64,000 bases of DNA from a virus. Both the position numbers and the translations under genes were made by a program. Below, piece by piece: positions 27,910 to 38,165 of this stretch. The notes beneath the pieces were generated by a model that saw nothing but the letters and a program-made list of their open reading frames with translations, made no database searches and was not told the DNA's origin. The stretch's first letter is position 1. Every line of letters starts with the position of its first letter. The stretch covers positions 2,511-66,510 of the IMG/VR virus record IMGVR_UViG_3300048837_000485; one strand, 5' to 3'.

Positions 27910-28368
27910 CTAAATATATGTAATACGATCATGTCCCTCCATAGGGTCGACGTAGTCAAACTCATCTTCTGTTCTCTTGGCTACCTTAATCCAGTCTTCA
28001 AGTGACCAGCCACGGGAATCTTTTTCAAAACGCCTCTTTGCCAGTGTCATGTGATCGACCCTTGGAAATACTACATATGTACATTCAGTCTTATATTTTT
28101 TACACCATTCTACATATCGTAATCTAGTTTTTCTTTTGTGACATCTTCTATCTATAACAACATCTATTTTATTTTCTAAACAATATTTTATAATTTCATT
28201 TTCAATATGTTTATATAAAGGTTTTAATTTCTTTTGGTATAGAGTATTTTCTATATGTAAAGAATTAACTATAGAATCATCAGATACAATAATAGCACCA
28301 TTTTGTGCCATTTGTTTTGAATAGGTACTTTTTCCGCAAGCTATGTTGCCCACTAGAACATAAATCAT
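27910..28368 (-). CDS. P-loop kinase (AAA_33/PNK-like)
   Basis: VLVGNIACGKST, VVID. Confidence 0.8.
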   Translation of the reverse strand: MIYVLVGNIACGKSTYSKQMAQNGAIIVSDDSIVNSLHIENTLYQKKLKPLYKHIENEIIKYCLENKIDVVIDRRCHKRKTRLRYVEWCKKYKTECTYVVFPRVDHMTLAKRRFEKDSRGWSLEDWIKVAKRTEDEFDYVDPMEGHDRITYI

Positions 28369-28441
28369 ATAATTTTCCAGTCTATTAATTTTTTATACTA
28401 CCAGGATAATAACAATGTAATCGTTTAAATCTTTTTAAGAA

Positions 28442-29251
28442 TTATATTAATTTCCAATCCATTAATTTTTTATACCACCAAGGATAATACTGAATGTATT
28501 GTTCAAGATGAGGTTTACCGAATATTTTTCTATTTAAATTTACTATTTCCGGTGTAATTAAATTATGCAACTCTTTAGACTGATCATCTCTCAGTTGTTC
28601 ATATCTATTACCTACTAACATTTTCTCTGCTTCACCATCTTTTTCTAATCTATCAAAAGAGCTACCAGATCCCATATGTGGAACCCTGTCAAAACCAAGA
28701 TCGGTAAAATTTAACTTTAATTTATTACAGATTTTTTCTCTATATTTAACTGAAGAATACCATTGGTTGTATAATATTACAGTTTTATCCTTAATTATTT
28801 TGGTATTACCTAATATTTCATTAGCTTGAGATATCCATGCACTTCTTAATTTTAATAAATTAGAAACACGGTCTTTATTTCTTTCTTGATGTTTGATAAG
28901 GCTGGCAAAGTTATTATAAAAATCTCTAAATACAATAATATTATCTGCATAGATAGGTGCTTTATGAAATCCTCTAATATAACAAAAATCTAATGCTTGG
29001 TTATCAATAAGAATGTTTTTAAAAGAATAGTCGGATAGCATTTTTCTTAAATTAGAATCTATAACGAATAGATCATTATATGGACATATGTAGATAGAAT
29101 TTTGTGTGTAAGTGTATGAGTAGTTATATGGTTCAGATCTTACTATTTTTGCACACGGATCACCAAGATATTCGGGATCGGAAGTTTGTGCGAGCCAAAA
29201 TGCTATTGCGGAGTGGCCAGACCGTGGTATGGAAATGACATTTATTTTCAT
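28442..29251 (-). CDS. Sulfotransferase-like protein
   Basis: SIPRSGHSA (5'-PSB-like) and FRDFYNNFAS (3'-PB-like). Confidence 0.6.
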   Translation of the reverse strand: MKINVISIPRSGHSAIAFWLAQTSDPEYLGDPCAKIVRSEPYNYSYTYTQNSIYICPYNDLFVIDSNLRKMLSDYSFKNILIDNQALDFCYIRGFHKAPIYADNIIVFRDFYNNFASLIKHQERNKDRVSNLLKLRSAWISQANEILGNTKIIKDKTVILYNQWYSSVKYREKICNKLKLNFTDLGFDRVPHMGSGSSFDRLEKDGEAEKMLVGNRYEQLRDDQSKELHNLITPEIVNLNRKIFGKPHLEQYIQYYPWWYKKLMDWKLI

Positions 29252-30132
29252 CCGGTATAATCCAATTTCCAGTTTTTACGATTTTCTTTATAGTTAGGAT
29301 CTACTACATTTGTCTTTAATTCGGCTAAATGTTCTCGTACATACTGTGGTGAATTTTCTTCTGTTAAAATCATAGTTTCAAATAGATCATTGCCATTCCA
29401 GTCAATCTTTTCTCCACGAGATTTTGCTCTTGGCCAGCAATTTAACTTTAATGCACCTTCAACACACTCAGGAGTAAAGCCAGTATGGCTATAATTTGTC
29501 TTTTTTTTATTGATTCCATCTTGTGAAAAGCAATAGCTGTACTCGTAAATAATTGAGTCATTATAACTACCGAATGTTCTACTCTCGTCGTGATAGTGCC
29601 TAGTTTGTGGTAATGCACTAGGATTTCCTAATACTATCTTAAGTGGTATAATAGGAACCCTGATATCTTTTAGAAAGCATTCATTATCAAAGTCGAACCA
29701 TGCCCTGCGACGACGGCAAAAAGTTACTCTGTCTTGTAATACACCCTGAAAAAATCTATCATATCGGCCCCTATTAGAAAAGTCTACCATCTCGTCCACA
29801 TCCGAAACTAATATGAGTGTATCATCTGGACATTGTTCTAGTAATTCGTAGCCCAGGGTACGCTGCCACCCTTCTCTCATAAAATTCTGATGTTCTTCTG
29901 ACCCTACTAGCGGGTTAACATCTGCGGAAACTACTTGAATCTTATGAAGATATGGCTTAAATCTTTCCTGCTTTAAAACTTCCTGGGCGTATACCCCTTT
30001 GTATTCACCCTTTAGATTATATGTATTTTCTTGTAAAATCCAAAGGTCTACACCTTCATCTTCTAGTGTACACTTCAAATGTAACAGGGTATCCTCGTGA
30101 CACCCATCGAAAAGAAAAGTTGAAACTAACAT
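29248..30132 (-). CDS. Glycosyltransferase family 17-like
   Basis: E.N....G..K, REGWQR, ILVSDVDEM, YSH motifs. Confidence 0.75.
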   Translation of the reverse strand: MLVSTFLFDGCHEDTLLHLKCTLEDEGVDLWILQENTYNLKGEYKGVYAQEVLKQERFKPYLHKIQVVSADVNPLVGSEEHQNFMREGWQRTLGYELLEQCPDDTLILVSDVDEMVDFSNRGRYDRFFQGVLQDRVTFCRRRRAWFDFDNECFLKDIRVPIIPLKIVLGNPSALPQTRHYHDESRTFGSYNDSIIYEYSYCFSQDGINKKKTNYSHTGFTPECVEGALKLNCWPRAKSRGEKIDWNGNDLFETMILTEENSPQYVREHLAELKTNVVDPNYKENRKNWKLDYTG

Positions 30133-30142
30133 ATTATCCTTC

Positions 30143-30789
30143 CTATATTCCTACATCCCGCACTAACCAGGATGCTATTGTATTTTCATTACGTGATGTC
30201 TTAATTCCCTCAAATTGTTTAAACTCTTCATTAACTATTCTTTGTATGTGTGGTGCAGTGTGATCATGACCACCAATCCATCCATTTGGTTTTATCTTTT
30301 TCTTAGAGATTTCTACGTCTTTCTTAAAAACTTCTTCTGAATGGCCGCCATCAATAAATATAAAGTCTAAAGAATGATCTGGGAATAGTTGCATTTTTTC
30401 ATACGAATCACCAGGAACCATTGTAATATCAGACTGACCAAATACCACAGTATTTAATATTTCTTTCGTATCATTACATTTATCATAACTTAAGTGCAAC
30501 TTTTCTATATTTTCAATAAACGTATCATATAAACTTTTTGGTAACTCCTTAATACGTCTCTGAGCTTCAGAGCAATTCAAATCCCTAACCATGTATCTAT
30601 ACAAAATAATCTTATATCTTTACCTGATTCTTTAATCTTTAGAGCTAAGTAAGCAGCCGATGCACCTTGCCAACATCCAATTTCTACAAATTGAGCATCG
30701 TCAAAATGATCTACAGCCATATCATAGACTTGTTCAAAGTCGAACCAACTGTTTTTGTCTAACTGGAAAACTTCATTATACTGTTTCAT
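30143..30789 (-). pseudogene. Class I SAM methyltransferase (Methyltransf_24-like) split by a frameshift near 30583
   Basis: VEIGCWQGAS..CIDTW in ORF 30577-30816; DFIFIDGGH..GGHD in ORF 30143-30604. Confidence 0.75.
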
Positions 30790-31462
30790 CTTTTCTCCTA
30801 TAAATTGTATCTCCATGCCATTCTTTATCTCCCCAGTCTTTTCTAATTGCTATTTTTTCAAATCCATAATTAGAAAGAAAATCTGTAATATCATTCTCTA
30901 ATTTTTGCCCATCATAGCACTCAAAATTAGAAACCTCACAGATGATCCACTTTAAAGAAGATTGGTTTAATATGCTTTTACCGCCCAAAAAACAATCATA
31001 TTCTGCCCCTTGTAAATCTAAAATCCATAAGTCATAATTAGGCAAGCCTATATCTTCAATATAGTCATCTAAAGTTATAGTTTTTAGTTTTACGGTATCT
31101 CCGGTTCTTTTACAATCAGGTATATACTTATTAAAATCTTTTTCTTTATATAAAGAACCAGCTCCGTCATACTTATCTCTATAAAAATGAAATTCTTTTT
31201 CTATATTAGATTCTGACCATAGACAACCGAAATGTGCTTTGTATATATTTTCTTTTCCTCTTATTCTATCTTTAAGAGAAGCAAATACTGTTGGATTACA
31301 TTCAAATAAATCTACCACGTTTGGCTCAAGTCTATCAAAAATATCTTTTTCTATAAAATCATGACTACCTGTAAATAATATGTTTTTATTTTTAATTGGT
31401 ATATTTAACGAATTTATCATCTGATATAGTGAATGATTCTCTGGTCTACATTGTAATAACAT
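30776..31462 (-). CDS. FkbM-family methyltransferase
   Basis: FECNP, TITLDD, LDLQGAEY, IICEV, HGDTIY. Confidence 0.85.
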   Translation of the reverse strand: MLLQCRPENHSLYQMINSLNIPIKNKNILFTGSHDFIEKDIFDRLEPNVVDLFECNPTVFASLKDRIRGKENIYKAHFGCLWSESNIEKEFHFYRDKYDGAGSLYKEKDFNKYIPDCKRTGDTVKLKTITLDDYIEDIGLPNYDLWILDLQGAEYDCFLGGKSILNQSSLKWIICEVSNFECYDGQKLENDITDFLSNYGFEKIAIRKDWGDKEWHGDTIYRRKDETV

Positions 31463-32143
31463 CTATCGGCTCCATCTTGATGGTTTTGGTAAAATTTGTT
31501 CTTCAATATTAGAATAATAATTATCCTTTTGACTTACTATACAAGGATAAATTCCATAACAATTAAATCTATCGTGTAAAAATCTTCCGGATAAATCATC
31601 ATATGGGCCAATTGGATCAAATTCTAACAAAGCTTTAACAACATAATCTTTAATTAAGATCGAATGAAATCCTCCGGCTCCACTGAGCCTCATAACATTT
31701 TCATGCTGAGTAGGACTCCATGATCCTGGATTTGGATAACTTCCTAAATATAACATGTCCCAACCAATAGTTTCTAGATAAGGACTAACCTTTTCTAAAA
31801 TATCCTTGGCATCTTCTTCTATAAACGAATCATCTTCAAGCAGAAGAAGAGTAGATAGTCCAGACTGGATAAAACTTTGGAAAATCTTCCTGTGACTTAA
31901 CCACGCATTATATGTATTAGCTTTCCACCACGTAGGATAATCAGTGGAGTTAGAATATACGGGCGGGAGTTTATCTATATCTATATGATTATACAAACTT
32001 TTTGAAAGCTTCTTACCTTTTCCAACAATAAATGGCTCAATAGAAATACCAAATTGAAACCATTCTTTTTTAATCCTTTGTACTTCTTCAATACGCTCAT
32101 CTAATGTAAGACACTGTCCTACGTAAATATTATCTAATATCAT
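31463..32143 (-). CDS. Glycosyltransferase family 25-like
   Basis: WLSHRKI, LLLEDD, WDMLYLG. Confidence 0.8.
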   Translation of the reverse strand: MILDNIYVGQCLTLDERIEEVQRIKKEWFQFGISIEPFIVGKGKKLSKSLYNHIDIDKLPPVYSNSTDYPTWWKANTYNAWLSHRKIFQSFIQSGLSTLLLLEDDSFIEEDAKDILEKVSPYLETIGWDMLYLGSYPNPGSWSPTQHENVMRLSGAGGFHSILIKDYVVKALLEFDPIGPYDDLSGRFLHDRFNCYGIYPCIVSQKDNYYSNIEEQILPKPSRWSR

Positions 32144-33011
32144 TTAAAGCTTCCTTAATTGAATCTTCACTATTAAGAAATCCAGTCCGACTCAACTTCA
32201 AACAAAACGAATTGTCCGCATGAAGATGTTTATTATCACCCTTCCAATTGGCCTCATCACCCATCCATCTAATTTTCTTATTTATTCCAGTATAAGACAT
32301 TATAATATTAGCAACATCCTCAACAGAAATAGGATCGTTATTACAAATATTTAAAACTTTATTATGTTTGATCATCTTGTTTAATGGAATCTCGACCATC
32401 TTATTTACAACATCTTTTACATAAGTATATGGCTTAATAGATCCCGGTTTATCACCAAGTAACTCAATATAATCATTATCAGTCTTTAGTTTTTCTAAGA
32501 TGATTTTAATTAATCCGTGGGTTAAGTGTGGGCCCACCATCGCTCCTAATCTACAAATAGTATAATCAATATCATTTAGAACAGAATAAGCTTTGATTAG
32601 TTCTTCACACGCTACCTTTGTTGCGGCATAGACAGATGTAGAATCACGATGATCTTCTTGTTCGTTTTGTTGAGTTGATTTATCACCATAAACTACTATT
32701 GAAGACGCAAATACCATTTTTGATCCAGGTTGCATATATCTTAAAATGTTGTGCGTACCCTTAATGTTAACATCTAAAATACGATTTTGGTCTTTGTCTG
32801 ATGGCTTGGAGTTTGGGATGGCGGCTAGATGATATACAACATCTGGCTTAAAAGACATCATTAATTCTACGTTTTTTTCATTAGTAATATCATTATAAAA
32901 ATACTGATTATCCCTTGGATTGAATAGAATTATATCATCATATTTTTTACTTAGATAACCGTGTAAATTTCTACCAAGAAACCCATTTCCTCCAGTGATT
33001 AAAATTCTCAT
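32130..33011 (-). CDS. NAD-dependent epimerase (UDP-glucose 4-epimerase-like)
   Basis: ITGGNGFLG, HLAA, FASSIVVYG, YAATK. Confidence 0.9.
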   Translation of the reverse strand: MRILITGGNGFLGRNLHGYLSKKYDDIILFNPRDNQYFYNDITNEKNVELMMSFKPDVVYHLAAIPNSKPSDKDQNRILDVNIKGTHNILRYMQPGSKMVFASSIVVYGDKSTQQNEQEDHRDSTSVYAATKVACEELIKAYSVLNDIDYTICRLGAMVGPHLTHGLIKIILEKLKTDNDYIELLGDKPGSIKPYTYVKDVVNKMVEIPLNKMIKHNKVLNICNNDPISVEDVANIIMSYTGINKKIRWMGDEANWKGDNKHLHADNSFCLKLSRTGFLNSEDSIKEALNDIR

Positions 33012-34042
33012 AAGTTCTTTTTCTCTGTTACTATTTGTTTACCATTAATTAATGATTTAGTATCTAAATTTAGTTTATTAAAAATATCTACTAGTCTCTC
33101 AAAGGCTGTGTGTTTTTCTAAAACACGTTTGTAAAGTATATCTATGTTATTTTTCTCTGCTTGATTATTTAAATAGTATTGAATAAGCTTTTCATATTCT
33201 TCTGGATTTTTAGCAGTGATACATTCTGGAAAATCTATTTTTAATCCTTCAACATAATCAGAAACAAAAAAGCATTTATTTATCATTAAGTTATATGGAC
33301 GTGTTACTATATCATAGCCAAGTTTTGTAGAATGAGGCTCATGTACCGATAAACATACTTTAGTAGATTTTAAAATATGTTTAGCCTGTTCGTCTGGTAA
33401 AAACCCACAATATTTTGCCGTAGCCCAATGCTGATTACCAAAGATTCTAATTTTATAATTACGATCTGGTTCACAAAGTGGCATGATATATTTATCTAAA
33501 TTTTGTGCTTTGTATCCCCAATATCCACCGATAAATGAAAGATCACATTCTAGTTCTTTTTGATATTCTCCATTTGTATATTCAAATAGATCGGCAAAGT
33601 TTTTAAATGAATATAGGTCAAATCCATCCGTCAACCAATTTTCATGTGTTTCTTTAATCCAATTTTCGTGGTGATGAGAATGAACTACTAACTTATTTGG
33701 TAATGTTTGAATATGCTTCATAAATTGAATTTCTTTTTTTGAAGCCGTTAGTACTGGATATACCGTCTTATCTAATTCGTCATTAAACTTTGACCAGTCT
33801 GAAACCCTTAAAACCAAACTCATATCCGGACGTTCTTCTATACACTTAACAAACGCTGGGGTTAGGTTGTATCCTTGTCCAAAAAATAAATCAGGATTAG
33901 CTTCATCAAATGCATCATATACTGGCTTTTGCCAAGTGTTCCATAAAATAGTTTCGTGGCCAGATACAGCAAGTGCTTTAGAAAATGCTGATCTAATGAA
34001 ACTATGGGCATTTTTATTATCGTTAGCTATTAATATACGCAT
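33008..34042 (-). CDS. Glycosyltransferase (GT-B, CgeB/Glyco_trans_1_2-like)
   Basis: DLSFIGG, IRIFGNQ.W, FFVSD, VLEKHT..RL. Confidence 0.75.
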   Translation of the reverse strand: MRILIANDNKNAHSFIRSAFSKALAVSGHETILWNTWQKPVYDAFDEANPDLFFGQGYNLTPAFVKCIEERPDMSLVLRVSDWSKFNDELDKTVYPVLTASKKEIQFMKHIQTLPNKLVVHSHHHENWIKETHENWLTDGFDLYSFKNFADLFEYTNGEYQKELECDLSFIGGYWGYKAQNLDKYIMPLCEPDRNYKIRIFGNQHWATAKYCGFLPDEQAKHILKSTKVCLSVHEPHSTKLGYDIVTRPYNLMINKCFFVSDYVEGLKIDFPECITAKNPEEYEKLIQYYLNNQAEKNNIDILYKRVLEKHTAFERLVDIFNKLNLDTKSLINGKQIVTEKKNL

Positions 34043-34742
34043 CTTCTTTTAACTTTCTAAAATGATCCTGGGTTTGTATTTTCTTAATTAACATACCATT
34101 TGGTTCTATACCGTTAAAAATACAACCATCATTAATTATTTGGTTTATAATTTCAAATAAAAATAGTTTATTATTGGTTTTATTACAAAGTTTATTTAAC
34201 AAGTAAAGAGATCTATTCTCAAAGAAGGAAATGTGGCACCATTTTTTCTCATCTAAAACTAAATCTATACGCTCTACTTTTTTATTAATGACAGTTATTC
34301 CTAGTTCACTGTCTCTAAGCTGCATTTTAGAATCAAATACTAATGTAGGACTAGTTGTTAAATTAGATACTGCATATTTATTAAAGATAAGGTCTGATGA
34401 TATAGTAATAACATGTTTACTGTTAGTGTTATTTAGTGCCAATCTTACATCTTCAACTTCATTTGTTTCATTATAAAACTGATTCTCAACTACACGAATA
34501 TTATCAGATTTAAATTTTAAAACCTTTTCAATTTGATATCCGCCAGTAATAATAATATCTGACTTAGGATAGATTTGTCTTATTGATTTAATTTGGGTTT
34601 CTAGCATAGGTTTCCCAAATTTATCTTTATATAAACACTTAGGCCCGAAAGATTTCATTGATTCATTAAATCTACTTCCGTAGATAATAATACAGACTTC
34701 TTTAGGATCTTGTTTATTTCTTCGTTTTATTTGTTCTATCAT
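34023..34742 (-). CDS. Sugar/choline-phosphate nucleotidyltransferase-like protein
   Basis: MKSFGPKCL, ITGGY, VVENQFYNETN, SSDLIF; N-terminal G-rich loop degenerate. Confidence 0.7.
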   Translation of the reverse strand: MIEQIKRRNKQDPKEVCIIIYGSRFNESMKSFGPKCLYKDKFGKPMLETQIKSIRQIYPKSDIIITGGYQIEKVLKFKSDNIRVVENQFYNETNEVEDVRLALNNTNSKHVITISSDLIFNKYAVSNLTTSPTLVFDSKMQLRDSELGITVINKKVERIDLVLDEKKWCHISFFENRSLYLLNKLCNKTNNKLFLFEIINQIINDGCIFNGIEPNGMLIKKIQTQDHFRKLKEDAYINS

Positions 34743-35484
34743 GTAATTTTTGAGATACCCTTTGCCAACATTGGTTCCATATTTCTTTTTTTACAGAATT
34801 TGTAGAATTATTTTGATGAACCCTAACTAAAGAAAGAGACTCTGGAACGTGTGATATATAGCATATTTCTGATAACCTAAGCCACAAGTCAAAATCTTCT
34901 GCACACCTAAGAGTTGAATCATACCATCCGGTATCTTCTTTAACCCTATTTAAAAAGTTTTTACTAATTAATGATCCACTATGAACAATACATTCTTGTG
35001 TTAATCTTGATCTAGAAAACCTTTCTTTATATTCTCTTCTAATTAAATCTTTATCAACATCTAAAATATCGTAGTCCGCATAAACTACTCCAACGTTAGG
35101 ATCTTCTAAATCTTTCAAACATCTTTCGAGTTTATTAGGATAGTTTTCATCATCAGCATCGAGTATGGCATACACGTCTGTATTTTTGATTGTCGCAGCA
35201 ATACCGATGTTTCTTGCATAGCTTGGACCATGATTTTTTGATAAGGAAATAAGTAAATCTGTTCCGTCTGTATATTTGATATATTCATTTTCTTCTATTT
35301 TTGAAGGTAAGTTTAACGTATTAAGTATAATTTCTACAGAATTATCTGTTGAACCATCATCTATAATACAAATTTTATTTTTAACAGTTTGGTTTTTTGC
35401 ACTTTGAATTGCATTCTGTATCCACTGTGAGTTATTGTAACAACAGATTATAAATGTTACTTGCTTATCCATTCTCTTATCCAA
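34714..35484 (-). CDS. Glycosyltransferase family 2
   Basis: IICCYN, IIDDGSTD, GPSYARN, LDADD, EDFDLWLR. Confidence 0.92.
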   Translation of the reverse strand: MDKRMDKQVTFIICCYNNSQWIQNAIQSAKNQTVKNKICIIDDGSTDNSVEIILNTLNLPSKIEENEYIKYTDGTDLLISLSKNHGPSYARNIGIAATIKNTDVYAILDADDENYPNKLERCLKDLEDPNVGVVYADYDILDVDKDLIRREYKERFSRSRLTQECIVHSGSLISKNFLNRVKEDTGWYDSTLRCAEDFDLWLRLSEICYISHVPESLSLVRVHQNNSTNSVKKEIWNQCWQRVSQKLHDRTNKTKK

Positions 35485-36179
35485 TCTGGCCTTTTATTTT
35501 CTTTGGCTATGTTTTCAATTTTGTCTATAATACTTGAGTCGGTATTACCATATACGGCTTTATGCATTAACCTATTTACAGTTAAGAAGTTCATTTTATC
35601 AGTAGGTCTTACCATTAAAACCCTTTGTAGGTCATCATTAATAATTTTATCCAAGTCATCTATTAATTGATTTTCCATTAAAGGAATTCTATTTTGTTCA
35701 ATAATCATATAATATTCACCCTTACAGTAATTAACTATATGATCTATTTTTCCTGCTTCATCTGTTTGGTCAAAGACTATACACACATTAAAAGGACAGT
35801 CGCAAAACTTAGAAAACACTTCTTGCACTTTCCAGTATTCTGAATTCTGATCAACAATTAATTTAACACAGTGTGGACCTAATGAACTAACACCAGATGC
35901 ACATAATGCTAAGTCTGTACGATCTAATGAAGTTATTGGAATTATAATATCTACCTTAATCCGTACCTCCATCCTAACTTCTTCTTTTGGACTAATATAC
36001 CTATCTAAATATTTTGTATGTCTACACATATTACAAAGACGATCAATCATAAAATGAGTACCACACTCAGAAGATTTAACCGCTTTTCCAAATTTTTCTA
36101 ATCTACCAATTTGACATCCTTTTTGGATACCGTTGGAATATATAGCAAACAAACAGTCTTTACAGGAAGTCTTAGTCAC
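35457..36179 (-). CDS. Hypothetical protein (Cys-rich N-terminus, degenerate GT-A-like C-terminus)
   Basis: CKDC..C..C..CNMC followed by VDIIIP; located in the glycan cluster. Confidence 0.5.
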   Translation of the reverse strand: MTKTSCKDCLFAIYSNGIQKGCQIGRLEKFGKAVKSSECGTHFMIDRLCNMCRHTKYLDRYISPKEEVRMEVRIKVDIIIPITSLDRTDLALCASGVSSLGPHCVKLIVDQNSEYWKVQEVFSKFCDCPFNVCIVFDQTDEAGKIDHIVNYCKGEYYMIIEQNRIPLMENQLIDDLDKIINDDLQRVLMVRPTDKMNFLTVNRLMHKAVYGNTDSSIIDKIENIAKENKRPDWIREWISK

Positions 36180-36204
36180 GATAAACCTCTAATCCACTCA
36201 TAAG

Positions 36205-36648
36205 TTATGCTCTGTAAGCCTCAACAATAAATTTAGTTTCTTCTAATCTTTGTTTTGTAATTTTAAGTCCCAATTGTGACAAAATTGAAGTTATATGAAT
36301 AATTGTGGTACAGCTTCTTTTAAAGCCCCATCCTGAAGGATTCCCGTCTCCATATAGAATAGTATTAATTTTTTGTACTGGGGTTGCTTGTGTTAAACAT
36401 TGTTTTGATACTTCAAAAACATCTGTACCACCAAGAATAATTCTGCCACCATGTCTAAGTTTAGAAACATACCCGGAAACAACTTCTTGAATTTTATCGT
36501 ATAAAATATAATCGATAATATCTTCAGCAATAATTTCTGTGCACTCGGCCTGTTCTACAGGAAGATCTAGAACGTTAGATCCAGTTAATGGTGATATATT
36601 TTTATATCCTGAAAGTTCGTATGGTTGGATTGTTATATTAAGTTTCAT
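36205..36648 (-). CDS. Methyltransferase-like protein
   Basis: EIIAEDIIDY..KLRHGGRIIL class I MTase-like core. Confidence 0.6.
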   Translation of the reverse strand: MKLNITIQPYELSGYKNISPLTGSNVLDLPVEQAECTEIIAEDIIDYILYDKIQEVVSGYVSKLRHGGRIILGGTDVFEVSKQCLTQATPVQKINTILYGDGNPSGWGFKRSCTTIIHITSILSQLGLKITKQRLEETKFIVEAYRA

Positions 36649-36964
36649 TTTTTGGTTCCATTACTATAAATCTTGATAATGAAGTTCTAAAACTAGATTC
36701 TTCATCTGGCTGAAATTCAAATCCAATATATCCTTGAAAATTATTATCACACCCAATTAATCCATTTAATATACCAAGTAAACCAACGGTATATCCGTCA
36801 TTTTGTCTCATAACTTGAACAGTTGGATGGTCTGACAACTTTTCATTACATGGAACCCTGTTTGCTATTAAACATGCTATAGCGTTTTTATCATATTCTA
36901 ATAATTCATTCATAAAATTAACAATATATTCTGCAAATTCTTTTTCTGTTATATTAAGTTTCAT
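36638..36964 (-). CDS. Hypothetical (inserted passenger) protein
   Basis: RVPCNEKLSDHPTVQV..VGLLGILNG; shares first 6 aa with the downstream gene. Confidence 0.65.
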   Translation of the reverse strand: MKLNITEKEFAEYIVNFMNELLEYDKNAIACLIANRVPCNEKLSDHPTVQVMRQNDGYTVGLLGILNGLIGCDNNFQGYIGFEFQPDEESSFRTSLSRFIVMEPKNET

Positions 36965-36973
36965 TATCTTATC

Positions 36974-37972
36974 CTAGTGTGAAAGTACATAATTAATCAC
37001 GCAGTGCCATTGTTTTACCCATCTATTTATATTACACCGCTCTATAATTGTTTTTCGAGCATTAGCACTTAGTTTTTCAGCTAAATCATTATCATTCATA
37101 ATCAATCTTATGGCTTCTAATATACCCTTTTCATCATTAGCTAATAATCCATTTTCCCCGTCTTTAATATAACTCGGTATTGCACAAGTAGCTACAGAAA
37201 CCGGAATACATCCACATGACATTGCCTCAAGCATTGATGTTGGAATTGGACTAAGTGGTGCAGTATTTAAAAAGATCTTAGCGGCCCTATATTCTTCAAT
37301 AAGCTCATTAACTGATTCTGCTGATTTGGATAACCCAGGAGTATCGCCTACGAATCTTGTAGGAATCTTACTAGCAATTTTTTGACATAGTTTCCAATTT
37401 AAAACATAATCACGACCAATTAAATCATTAGCAACTACTAAACATTTATTTTCTCGTTTTGTTGATCCCGGAGTAAAAAGATTAGAGTCAACAGTATGTT
37501 CAATCACAAATACATCATCACCAACAAATCCCCAATTTTCTTTACTCCATTCTGAAATAAATACATTGGCAGTACCACGCATATTTCTTAATTGACTCAC
37601 TTGTTGCTCATTCCACATTGGTGGTGGCATAACGCAAGTATGCTCAACAGAAATCATTGGCAATTGGAATTGCTCAGCTAGATGTGCTAGTGTTTGGAAT
37701 TGCCCAAATTTAGACTGAGATAATACAAAATCAAAATCTAACCACAAAGGAAACTCAGGTTGTCCTACACGATTATACAGTAAATGATAATTAGTAGGAA
37801 TTGGTGCGAATTTAGTATTCCACTGTTTATGATGTTTATTTTGAGAGATAGCCCAAAAGTCAACTCCGTTTAAATGTTGAAAATGACTTTCTGTCCTCTC
37901 ATGTGTGCAAACACTTAATCCATGCAAATGAGACCTGTCTAATGACTTCATTATTGATCTAGTTTGTGACAA
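36974..37972 (-). CDS. Glycosyltransferase family 4
   Basis: FLNT..SPIPTSMLEAMSCGC, IKDGENGLL. Confidence 0.9.
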   Translation of the reverse strand: MSQTRSIMKSLDRSHLHGLSVCTHERTESHFQHLNGVDFWAISQNKHHKQWNTKFAPIPTNYHLLYNRVGQPEFPLWLDFDFVLSQSKFGQFQTLAHLAEQFQLPMISVEHTCVMPPPMWNEQQVSQLRNMRGTANVFISEWSKENWGFVGDDVFVIEHTVDSNLFTPGSTKRENKCLVVANDLIGRDYVLNWKLCQKIASKIPTRFVGDTPGLSKSAESVNELIEEYRAAKIFLNTAPLSPIPTSMLEAMSCGCIPVSVATCAIPSYIKDGENGLLANDEKGILEAIRLIMNDNDLAEKLSANARKTIIERCNINRWVKQWHCVINYVLSH

Positions 37973-38165
37973 CTTCTTTTTCCTTTATATAATCAAAATC
38001 AGGCCATAGGTCGCCAGTATATTCTCTACCTTCTCTATTAAACCATTCCTTGGTTAGATTTATAATTGCATCTGATATAGTTGGACCATAATGTTTGTAA
38101 CTTGTAAAAAACGCTAAACAGTCAGCAGCCTCATTTGAAACTGTTATTAATCTAGTTTGACTCAT
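37959..38165 (-). CDS. Hypothetical (inserted passenger) protein
   Basis: Begins MSQTR like the downstream GT4; overlaps both neighbours. Confidence 0.55.
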   Translation of the reverse strand: MSQTRLITVSNEAADCLAFFTSYKHYGPTISDAIINLTKEWFNREGREYTGDLWPDFDYIKEKEVVTN

